Assembly: GCA_030704615.1 (NCBI GenBank)
Contig: CM060732.1
Location: forward strand, 24,924,001 to 24,988,000
DNA from: Takakia lepidozioides
Lineage: Eukaryota > Plantae > Bryophyta
DNA length: 64,000 nt
Direction: 5' to 3'
A program made the position numbers and the translations under genes. The notes under the pieces were generated by a model. The model worked only from the letters and a program-made list of their open reading frames with translations. It ran no database searches and was not told the origin of the DNA. Position 1 is the stretch's first letter. The number at the start of each line of letters is the position of its first letter. Positions 51,001 through 62,196 of the stretch are shown here, one piece after another.

Positions 51001-51512
51001 TTTCAGGAGATTGAAATGCTGGAGGAGGCAGGTTTTTCCCTTGCGAGACAACCCCAACTCCATACATGTGCTACTACTTCCCCCCGGCAAATCCTGACTT
51101 GTGGCCAACCAAACGAGATGGAAAGCTCGTTCGCCGTTTCCCTCCAACCGCTGAACACTTTGGCAAAGTGGAGTCCGCAAGAATGCTCCAAGCTCGTGTT
51201 GGAAGCACCACGGAAGTACCCCATCCAAGATATGGTCGGGTATTCACAATCATCACTTCCACATCTGCTGTTCATGACAAGACCTACGACATCACGGTTT
51301 CCAATTTCCCCAATTGCACATGTCCTGATTTTGTGAATATGCTATCAACCAGTTTGGGCAAGAGAGGTAAATTCATACCCTGCAAACATTTGTATTTCAT
51401 ATTTTTAAAGAGGATGGTTTGCGATCCCAAACGTGACAACTTCATTCACCAGGCCACTATGAGTTTCAACGAGGTCGATACTCTATTGCAGCGGGATACA
51501 ACACATGGGTAG
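48014..51512 (+). pseudogene. Mutator-type transposase: GCM/WRKY-like Zn domain, MULE DDE core and SWIM
   Basis: DGHPW...C...C...C..C...HNHP; FLMFD...FMAD...CLFHW; LAETVH; SWIM CTCPDF...CKH; intron about 50042-50158; premature TAG/TGA stops and frameshifts. Confidence 0.9.
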
Positions 51513-52759
51513 CATCAACTATGCAATGTGGTATGTGGACGACCATGATTTGAAATGTGTAATTCACATCAATTCGTCGGCGGTGCAATGATATGGCCTC
51601 CAACTATACGGAATGAGCTCTGAGTGGCAACTTTTAAAAGCACATTTGTCATTGCACCGTTCGAAGTCTACATGTCTTGTTGTCGCTATGCACTACAATC
51701 ATCTTTTGAAGATGATCCTAACTCTCATTGTTATTTGAGGAGGGAGGAAGGTCTTCCCGTGGCAGCCTTTATGGCGCACACTTTGTGAGGATATTTTCTC
51801 GTCCTCGTAATTGTAAAAGTGAAACAAGCATTTGTAATTGTACAATGTTGGATGCTACAATTGTAGGCCTCATGGTAGTCTTGATTCTATTTAGGCAAGA
51901 TTCCCTGCATTAATTCCACGGTCATAGGACCATCCTCGGTTATAGGTGGCGCATGTTAATGCTGACGTGGCAGATGACGGACAGTGCCACGTCATCATTT
52001 GCCGCCACATCAGCATGCTGACATGACGCTCACGCCACGTCACTCCTGCGTGAGCGTACGCTCACGCGCAACGTTCACGCCATTGCGTCGTTGAGCAAGA
52101 AATAAAGGTATAGTTCTGGAAAACTTACCAGACGTATCCACCTCCCCTGTGGGAGCAAGCTGTGCTGCAGACCAGTCTAAGCAAATACTGGCAGGGCAAG
52201 GTATTTAAATCTGTGATATCCAAGTGATCTTCTTGTTTTTTTTTAAAAAACCCTCCATGACACCCATGGGGTTTGAGTAAGTATGCTTGGATTACAGCTT
52301 GCGGACAGTAAATCTGTATGACCATTTGACCTACACCACATCAAGGCCAAAATATGGCCAAGTACCCGCCATCCCACCCAGACCTCTGAATGTGTATCAT
52401 GATCATGAATGATGGTCAATCAGCATCAGTGGCATACTCTTTGGGTTACGAATAATACTGACATGAACACATTACTGTGCATGGATGTAATTCTGGATTT
52501 TCTAGGCCTGATGATTGATGGATGGTGCCACTGTTAAGTGGCTGATATGTCTGATTATTCTTTTTATTCATGACAACGACCCTAGGGGTCCTGTCTTTGT
52601 CTTGACATGACAAAAAGTATCTTCCCTCTCTTTTAAGTTCCCGACGAGATGAGTTTAAGGTCAGATGGTGGGGTCAACTGTAGCATATGTCCAACACCAG
52701 ATACCCTAAGTTAATCAACTCTATATCTTGGAAACAGGACCGCCCACCACCCTGTCAAA

Positions 52760-53406
52760 CAGGCTAAGTCCTGGCAGAAGACAGTAGAAGAGATTCTCAA
52801 GGACCTGGATCTAGAACCGCAAGTCTTCACCCTGCTTGATAAATCTGACTTAGAGGCTGTAGTGTCCAACCATGTCTGTTGCCATGAGATTGTCTGATGA
52901 AAATGAAGTTAGGCAAAAAACTTCCTTGAACTTGTTTCCAGTCTATGACATGGGGGAGGACATCTTGGATGACCTCAAGGGTCTACCCACTCTTGGCACT
53001 AGACTGAAATTTAAACTCAGGGCAGGAAGCCTACCTTTGATAAGCAAACAGAAGCAGAGAGGAAAAAGAGAGTACACAACGCACAATTGCACTCTCTCTT
53101 TCCTCACTGCTTCTGTTTATTGTTCAAAGGTAGGCTTCCTACCTTGAGTTTAAATTTCAGTCTGTTGCCAAGAGTGGGTAGACCCTTGAGCACATTCATG
53201 ATGTCCTCCCCCATGTCACAGACTGGAAACAGGTTCAAGGAAGTTTTCTTCCTAATTTCATTTTCATCGGACAATTTTTTGGTAACAGACATGGCTTTGG
53301 ACACTACACTCTCTAAGTCAGATTTATCCAGCAAGGTCAAGACTTGCGGGTCCAGATTCAGATCCTTGAGAATCTCTTCTACTCTCTTCTGCCGGGGCTT
53401 AGTCTG
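52760..53406. repeat. Long inverted repeat (arms about 52760-53073 and 53091-53406)
   Basis: ORFs 52872+ and 53104- encode near-identical peptides; loop about 17 nt. Confidence 0.92.
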
Positions 53407-53633
53407 GGTGCTGCTGCTCAGTCACTCCCCCCCCCACATTTTATTTTTTTTCTTTGTTGCCCCTCTCTTGGGGAAACAAAAGGGACAAATCCTACCTCTG
53501 TCAGGGGCTGACGTTGGTAGTAAGACTTACCTTCATATACAGAATTAATCCGGATTTTCCAGATATCCTCTAAAAATCCCTTCACACAAGCATCAATCTG
53601 CTCTGTGTGATTTGCCCAAAAACTAGGCCTCAG

Positions 53634-53850
53634 AAGGGGTTGGGCTTTTGGCTCAGCCTCGAGACTTTCAGAGTTAGTAAATAGAGGTACATGCACAATT
53701 CCCTTGATAGATTTGACAGTATTCATTTTCTGATGTCCGGGGTTCTCTCACCAAAGAGACGCTCTCTTCAAATCTATCAAGGGAATTGTGCATGTACCTC
53801 TGTTTACCAACTTTGAAAGTCTCGAGGCTGAGCCAAAAGCCTAGCCCCTT
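53634..53850. repeat. Second inverted repeat (~80-bp arms); 53500-53705 is related to 18950-19150
   Basis: GGCTTTTGGCTCAGCCTCGAGACTTTCA...GATAGATTTGA is mirrored at 53769-53850. Confidence 0.9.
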
Positions 53851-54439
53851 TTGCTCAATAACTCCTCCCCCAACCTTTTTTTGTTTTGTTTTGTTTCATC
53901 ATCTCTTCCTCTCTCTCCCTCTCTCTCTCTCACTTTTGATGTGACATACAAGTTATGGACAACTCTCGACATCTTTCCCTTGATCCCACATGACAAGACA
54001 GACCATAGACCATCTCCCCACCTTGACCTACCTCTGCTGCTGGTGCTGGTGCTTCAAGCGAGCTGCTGCGGTGCTGTCGCGGCTGCCAACGACGCGGGTC
54101 CCCGCCGCTGCAGGGCGTCTCTCCCCCGCTCACCACGGCTCTCTCTCTCTCTTCAGCTCGTTTAGATCCCGCCTCTGCGCGGCGTTTTTCTACCACACAG
54201 GGGAGAAAGAGATCAGCCCATGCCTAGGGCAAGAAAGCAAGAGAGAAAGTGAGGGAGGAGGCGGTGCTTACCTTGGGCGTTGGAGTGGCGTTGGGGCAAA
54301 CTCCTTGGGGCCTTGCGACCACCTCGGGCTCAGCAACAGGTGCGTTTCTCCTCCACCCTAAACCCCACTCTCTGAACTCCCTCTCTCCCAAAGAACAAAC
54401 AAAAACGGGAGGGGAAGGAGATGCTTCAAGCACTTAGGA

Positions 54440-57400
54440 AAAAAAAAAAGGCGGGGCACCTACGTGCGACGTCCGGCCATCGCACGCCTACACCCCGCTT
54501 TTTTTTTGAAATGTACAAATGGTGTTCGCGATGGCGGGCCGTCGCTGCTTACGACCCTCGGCCCCACAAATAAAAAAAAACACGTCGCCTCCCGCGACGG
54601 CTTTCCGTCGCAGAGTGCGACCCCTGGCGTAAAAAATTGAAAAAACGGGTCGCCAAATGCGACGCGAGGGTGTCGCAGGAGGCGGCGGCCGGCCTTTTTG
54701 GGTTTAGGGTTTAGGGCCTTTTGGGGTTCTTAGTTTTTATTTTGTTTTTGTTTTTTTTCATATGGTACTGGGTTAGGGTGTTTGTTTTTCTTTATGGTGC
54801 TAGGTTTTGGATTGGCGATTTTGGTTGTGGGTCTTGGGGTTGAAAGGATAAACGGTGTAATTAGGATTCACATACCCAAAATGTGGTTCAATCTGATAAG
54901 CGCAAAGTGTTGGGTCTCAATAAATTTTTCCATGGTGTGGGCATCCTGAAGATAGAACGTGAGGAAGGATTTATTGTCTTGGGCTCTCTAGCACCATAGG
55001 GATGCTCCGCCTTTGTTTACCAATTTTGAAAGCCCCGAGGCTGAGGCATAGGGTTTTTTCGCCAATGGTTTTTGAGAAATGAAAGTGCTAGTGGTGTGTG
55101 TTAATTATGATGCAATGGTGAGGAAACATCGACCCGTCTCCCTCGAGGATGGGAAGGTAGTACCACATATCGATTGTGGCTCTAGAGCGACCGTTTTTTG
55201 TGGCAATGAGCCACTCATTGCACCTGATCCAATACAGGCTGCCGGGCACAATCGTAGAAGGGACCGGGGCCAAATTTCAGGTGATGCGGGGGATGTTGAC
55301 ACTCCGGGATCGAGTCGGGCGCGCCGCAGGTTGCCCCCTCGCGGGCCACCCCATCCACCCACATCCACCTTTGACCCCCCTGACAGAATTGAGTGTTGGT
55401 GCACTAAGTGTTGGGAACGGATACTGCCGGGCGGCACCAGACCATCGAGGCGGCGACCGCATATTGTCGAAAAACATTACAAGAATAACAAGATTGCGGA
55501 TGCGGCAAATGTGAGTGTTTTTCTCACCCCTCTCATTAACATTCATTTAAGGTACATTTAGGTTGATCTAATAATATAGTATGATTGGTAAACATACATG
55601 AATCCAAATTACGACATAAGTATTGATGCGTCGTTCACTACGCATATTGCAGCCACGACTTGATGCCCAAGCTCGCAATCACATTGCATAGGAGGCATTT
55701 CGCGCCGGTCTACTTGTAGAATTTGTGCCAGAGCATGTGCCCAATGTGACCAGTTGGTTCCCCCAACAGCACGTAGATGAGATGCGTAGGGTTGAGGGGT
55801 ATCGTAGGTGTCGTAGGCGTTATGGTCGGCACAAGCAGCCCCGCCCCCCCCCCCCCCCCCCCCTCCAGTCCCCCCCCACCCCCCTCTGTTTCTTTGTCTG
55901 ATCCACCTCTGGTAGTACCTGATCCGGACGTTGTACCCCCGGCTGCACCTCCGACATTACTTCCTCAACCACCTCCACTTTCATCTCCTTCGCCAGCAGT
56001 ACCACCTCCACCACCACCTCCACCTCCACCTCCACGTGCATGTGCCCCCGAACCCCTAGGAGGGGTCGGCTTCGCCCTAGGTTTCCTCCCGTTCGGCTTG
56101 GGCGGCCTGAGCCGGATCCTCGCCCTCGATGGGAAGCGCATAGGACTATGTTACTGAGGACCGTCCAGCCTCGTTGTTGGGGGGATCATCTCGACCCTCC
56201 TACCCCCATCCGAGAGGATGTGGAGTTTGAGTATTGGGGGAGACGGTATGTTGTGAGAGCCGCTACAAACCTTGCTATGGGTCGGGGTTTATTCACGGCC
56301 AATGATATTGTGGTTCTTCTTCGGAGAAACAACATGGTGGACTTGTTTCCCTACTACGGTCCATACTACATCTCCGGGGAGTTCCGTACATTACGCCTCG
56401 AAGCCCCATACATCCTACCCTACATTTTGTGTGTCAACGGACAGGATTACGTAGACGGGGGTTGTCTCCCATTGAGATCAGATTTTGTGATGGTGACCCC
56501 GATATCTTCGGCAATGTTGCTTGGCTGGTCAACAGTTCTTTTGGTCATCCTAGGATAACCAATGTAGTATGGGACGAGCGAAGCGATGGGCATGAGAGGT
56601 TTTGTGGTCATACGTCGGTATATTGTGAGGGGATGCACATGTTTGTGATGATATGTGCTAGTAGGACTATTAGGGCTGGCAGCAAGCTATTTGCACGAGT
56701 TCTTACGGGATGATTGGGACCTCCGATTACAACGTGAGTGGGATGTGTATGATAGAAATAGGGTTCCTTTGAGACATGGATCGCGTAGAGGGGCATTGTA
56801 GATATTCTCATGATGTACTTTGTATACATCCGATTAATTGATTGATGTAAATATTTTTCTTGTTGCTCGTGTGGTTGCAATTTTTCGTATGTGATCTAAA
56901 CATACTTATGCACATGTGGACCAAATATGAGCTTGAACCAAGTTGATTCAATGGGTCAGCCATGTGTTGAACGCAGCTACGTGTCGTAGAGACGGAAAAT
57001 TACGTTTCGCCTTTAGATGATTTTTTTTTTTTTATTCCATTTTCAAGCCATATGCTTAATGATAGCATATGCAATGTGCGTGCAAAATGTGGGAGTAAAC
57101 AAAAGTCATTTGGACCCAGAACCACTTTGTTGGAGCCCCCTGCTCTAAAGTAAGCACGCAAACTATCTCAACAATCTTTCGTAGTGAGTGTACATCTCTC
57201 ATTCTTTGGCTTTACTATCATGTTTAAGCTTTGAATTGAGTCTATTACATGTTCTTGCTTTGTGTGCGTTATTCATTTTATTTTTTCTTGTATGCAGTCA
57301 TGGGCTCGTGCGGTCTATCTTCGACGATCTGCATGCTAGCCCACCTTCATCTTTCTCTCTCCCAAAGTATGCAGAGGAAGAAGCCATGCATTTTATTGAG

Positions 57401-57570
57401 CAAGAGACTGCAAATGTAGGTTTTCATGGTTTTGGGTTCCGTACGTCTCGAGCTAGTGCTTTTAATCACATTGAGATGTTTCGTCGAGCTGAGGTTTTCA
57501 TGGATATAGATGCTTCTGTGTCTACTGGAGATATTGAGGATGACGTCTCTACTAGGGATGATTCTTAGAA
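54440..57570 (+). mobile_element. CACTA-like element fragment
   Basis: AAAAAAACACGTCGC and GTCGCCAA.TGCGAC motifs are shared with the CACTA subterminal region at 24508-25220; no intact terminus seen. Confidence 0.5.
55300..56713 (+). pseudogene. SET-domain gene remnant (CxCxxC segment, Pro-rich linker, SET)
   Basis: MGRGLFT...LFPYYG...YIL...DGDP..GNVAWLVNSS...N...ICASRTIRAGSKLFA; frameshift near 56460. Confidence 0.75.
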
Positions 57571-57760
57571 AGACAATACAGTTCTTCTCTTTTGACATCA
57601 CCTTCTTGAAGCCCATGCTTATCGACTGAAAAAGTATGATAAAGGTGAGTAGCACATGGTTCAAGGTTGCAAGCTCCTCACCCAAAACTAGCTGTCGTGA
57701 TGGGTTGTCCAAAGGATTCACCAATTTCTTACCCTTGAGAATTATCAAAATGAATGTCAC
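57565..57760 (-). pseudogene. Transposase-like fragment
   Basis: KKLVNPLD...LVLGEELATLNHV, then HGLQEGDV in a shifted frame. Confidence 0.35.
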
Positions 57761-59555
57761 AATCTACAAGAAGGTCCACAACAACAAGCTAAGCCACAAG
57801 GAAAAACAAACACCCTACCCCAGTACCATATGAGAAAAAAAGTGTGTTGTATGTTTTGGCACAATTTTTTATGTTTTAAGCAAGCTTTCCTCTGTGGAAT
57901 GGTTCTAATCATGTTGATAGTAATGGGACTCCACTTGTAATTTTGCGTAGATAATAGGAAATTTGCAATTGATATCAGTTGAACAACTTTGGACGGAGAC
58001 CATTTTCAAAGACCTGTATGACTTTCGTCAAGGGTGCGACAAAGCATGGTAAGAGGATTATATGAGATAACAGTTCTAAGCCTTGTACTAAATATTGCTA
58101 AAGATCTTGCGACGACTGGTCAGGGGTATTACACCAAGTCCTCTCCATGAAATGAGAGTTCGTCCGATGAAGGTCATCTTTATTCGATCTTAAGAAAGAA
58201 GTATTCAGTCTAAGCGAGCTAATGTGTAAATTACCAGAACTTTCTTTTCCAAAATCCTGTTCAGACCTACAAGCCGAATGTTTTGGACATATGATCACTA
58301 TTCAACCAAGGCAGGCCTGCTATATATATAATCTAGAAGTACATGGTCACACAACCGTGCTGCTTCAAGATTGAGACTTTGGTTTGGCAAGCGCTAGTCA
58401 ACACCAGAATCCCAGCACCCAACAGCACCCTGGACAACAATCTCATGGACAATATGAGCTCAAATGTCCGGAGCTAATTCGGACCTATTTCGGAGAACTA
58501 CGGTAGCCGTAAATTATTTTATAACCTGGATCAGTTGATAACAGAAAGGGTGTAAAACCTAGTTTAAAAAGAAGTGGGCAATGCCCAGAACCAGCCGTTG
58601 TCAAAAACTTCAAATATAAATACCCAGAAATGTCGGGCATGAAGATTTCTAGTACTCCCAGACCACTGTGTTGTGCAGGTATCAATTCAACATCAGAATA
58701 TGGATACGAACCCGGAGGGTATAAAGGAGAAGCCCTGGAGTTGGTATATCTTTGAGAAGTTCAGCTGTAAAGCTTTTTACTAAAGGACCCAAATGAGGGG
58801 ATGGGTACCATACTCCTAGGAGTACCCTTTTACAACTAACCGGTATTGTCTACGTATCTTGTGGATAGATCTACTCTCCTCTCTATTTCCTCTGGCGTTT
58901 GGCAGGTTTATCAAGACATAGTCGCTCTCTTGTCATCGACACTTGTAAGGTCGCTCTCCAACAACAGACCATCGTCACGCTCCACCGACACACACTTCTC
59001 TAGAAAGCGTTGTCTGTGCATTGCTGAAAAACAAGCTGCAGACTGCGACCTAAATTTTTAAATAGTACCTGTCCATTATCTTGATACCCGGGGGGGGTAT
59101 ATATGTAAAGGGGTATATTCATTAAAGGGGAAGATTCAGCCCTTCAGACTTTGCAGAACCAAAGAAAAAATAACCTTGCGGTGGCCATGATGCATGAAGG
59201 CTAACAAAGATGGGACAACAAACCAGAACCCACATGATTCTACTTCCAAAAATAAAATCTAACCGCTCTTGTGCAAAGCAGAGGTCGGGCATCAAGCGAC
59301 GCGAAGAAGGCCAGCGTCTGTCATAGCTTTCCATCCATACTCCTGACTCTTTTCATACCTATGTACCGCACTTGTTGTATTGATCTGTCAATAAAGTCTG
59401 TTTGTCGCTGTTGGTAAGCTGAGAAGGCTATACATTTACATAAGTTTATGATGAAGACTGTAACAAACTGCTGCAAGTTCTGAATCACCTCCGTCTATAC
59501 CTCCGATAATCATAAATGGTTGGCAACAGCCGCTGGAAAAAAGTGGGTTGTTGAC

Positions 59556-61303
59556 TCAGCGAGAAGGGTTGTGTTTCTGATGAATGCTGATCAATTGTTT
59601 GAGGACGTTAGCCTGAGATGGAATTGATAACAACCTCATTGGGAACATAGCTACGGCTTCCGAGAGTGTCCGCCAAAACGAGTGATGAGGTACCATCCCG
59701 CGAGTAAGTACGGCCAAGATAGGACCCAAACCCGGTGTGGTTGTGATTAAGAAGGTGCCCTCTTTGATGCCCTCATACGTTATTGCTGCTACTTCCTCCG
59801 GAGTCTGTGCATGCTTTCGGTCATACAAAGACGCCACCTTCATTCCTTCTTGGAGCTCCTTGCTCTTGCAGGCTGCAACCAATCAGTACATGAAAAAACA
59901 TACAAACCTTGAGTGATCGAAGATCTTACGAGTGCCATAACTTTCTTGCTTTTGATCTGGAGATAAGTACAGTTCAAAGTTTGTACATATTGGGTTCCGT
60001 CTAATGTTCAAACTAGCTAATCGGCCTCTTGCTCTACATGCTCACGATATCCACTAGGTAGCTTTCAGGACTTTATCACATGTGGAAATTGCGGCTAAGC
60101 TAAAAGTAAAACGATCCATCACTGTACGTCCACTTGAGTCCAAGAGACTGCAAGTGCATGTCCTACTGAGGGTCAAAAAGAAAAAAAAGAAATTGTAATG
60201 GTCACATACGCACCATCATCCAAAAAGGCACTCTCCACAAATCCAGGGCATACAAGATGTACACGCATATTGTAGGGCGCGACCTCCAGCCTCAGACATT
60301 CCGCCATTCCCTTCACAGCATACTTGGTTGCTGTGTAGATTCCATTTCCATACAACCAACACTGCACCCATGCCAAGCAGATGAATACGCATAAATTTAC
60401 TAGTCAGTCGTGAACCCCTTTATCGTGCTCTCAAGCTGACCTGACTGTTAGTACTTGTAACTCTTATTATCACCTGGGCCTAGCCAAAGCGTGTGGTCTA
60501 GTATCTAACTTTCACTTCACAAGATGAGAATTTGTAACATGTGCACAGATCTAGTCTATATACAAAACTTACCAAGGAGGCAAGACTGCCGATAAAGACA
60601 ATAGATGTCGGATGGCTTTTGCTTCTCTGCTTCATCAAAGGGAGCGCTGCATGCACTGGGTACACCGACCCCAACAAATTGGTCTTCACAACAGTGTCCA
60701 GATCTTCCACAGTTAGGTCCTCCAGGAAACCACCCCGGGTCAGACCGGCATTGCATACCAGCATATCAATAGGCCTCCATGCATGGGCTTCTTCAATCAC
60801 TTGGGATATAGCTGCGTAGTCTCCCACGTCGGCTACCTGTTTACAGCGTAAAGGCAAGTTTTAATGATCCACTTTAAGAAAATAGAAATTGCAACCCGCG
60901 GGAGGCCAAGCGAGAAAGAGAGAATCTTGAGACTACTCATATTACACCGCTTATATGATCCCATACATCTACTGGTGACGTCGTACGTCCTTTGACATCT
61001 GCTCAGAGAAGGATCAACCTTAGTAAGGATGTTGTCAGAGTTGGATAATTTGACTTCCGACAAAAGAGACTTGACCGACTTCTCAAGCTTGTTAATGTTT
61101 CTGGCTACTAAGGTGACAAACGCCCCTTCCTCAAGTGCTTGCTTTGCCAGGGCCAGTCCTATGCCACTCGAGGCGCCTGTGATGACAACGTGCTTTCCTG
61201 ACAACGAAGCTGTGTTGAACGCCTTTTTCCTCCTGAACAAGAGAGTCAGACACCAGATCATCAGGCCCGTCCCAATTGCTGCACCAGGTAGAGAGATATT
61301 CAT
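59556..61303 (-). CDS. TSC10: 3-ketodihydrosphingosine reductase-like SDR, ~337 aa; exons 61303-61019, 60836-60573, 60361-60214, 59872-59556
   Basis: N-terminal TM, TGASSGIG, NAG, Ser and YTATK catalytic residues, KDSR-like C-terminus; intron phases consistent. Confidence 0.85.
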
Positions 61304-62196
61304 GTTGGAAGCTGGCTCAGACAGCTACAACTTGGCTCGATAAAAAACACTCTGCAGAAGCTCTGGACACGACGATGTACGGGCTCGTTCGTGCGAGAGT
61401 CGAAGTCACCTCCTCAACCTCTTGGATGAACCCGCTGCTGTTACCTCCGGATAAGAGCTGATGAGTCACACTGCATTTAACTGTGGTGGCATCAGCAAGG
61501 TTTTATAGCTCACGCTCCCTTTTCATCTTGTGTGGTTGGTGTTTGCTCGGAAAAGGGCAAGGCCCCACTGCCGCGGCCCGCTGGTAACCGGCCACACCTA
61601 CCAAGGCGTGTTATTGCAGCATGCATACGTCGCCGCTATATTCACTCCACCCACTCACCCTAATAAACACCCCTCCTAATCAATGCTCTAAGCGTGACTG
61701 ATTTTCAGGCGCCTTTATTGTGGCAGGACGCCGGATACCGGCAGGGGCTGGGCTGCTCCGGCGAGCCTTCGTGGCTGGCGGGCTTGGGGTAGTGCCGGGG
61801 CTGCCCCGCCTGCACGCTGTGCCACGTTCTCTACGGCACGCAGACGCCAGGAGGGAGCCTCTGCGGGGTCCACCCGCCCCCTATTGGCCTCGCCAGAGAC
61901 ACTATGGCACTATGCTCTCTAATAAACGCTCTCCGATACACTCTCGAAAGTGTATGGCTAAAACAGGTTGAGGCATACACTTTTAAATGGTCTACGGCAA
62001 ATTATAGAAAATACATTGTCTTACTATGAGGACGGCATGTAAGTGTTATTTTCTTTTATTTGAATTGTAAGTGTTAGTGATGTTGGGTGTTATACATCAT
62101 GACCAAAATATCTGAAAATATAATTAAAGATGACATACAAAAATTAAAAGTATGGATGGCGTAGTGCATTACATTCTTCCATTCTAAAATATTTAT

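Larger units (their letters stand above)
43046..52093. mobile_element. Full-length Mutator-like element (9,048 bp) with weak TIRs and two divergent genes
   Basis: 9-bp TSD AGCAAGAAA (43037-43045, 52094-52102); empty paralogous site at 32338; imperfect termini CAGGGATGCCTCGGCGTGAGC and CAACGACGCAATGGCGTGAAC; MULE transposase inside. Confidence 0.93.

Noticed and set aside
10890-61303. Biosynthetic gene cluster (P450 + methyltransferase + SDR)
   Set aside because: The genes are 20-25 kb apart, SMT1 is a partial pseudogene and there is no scaffold enzyme.
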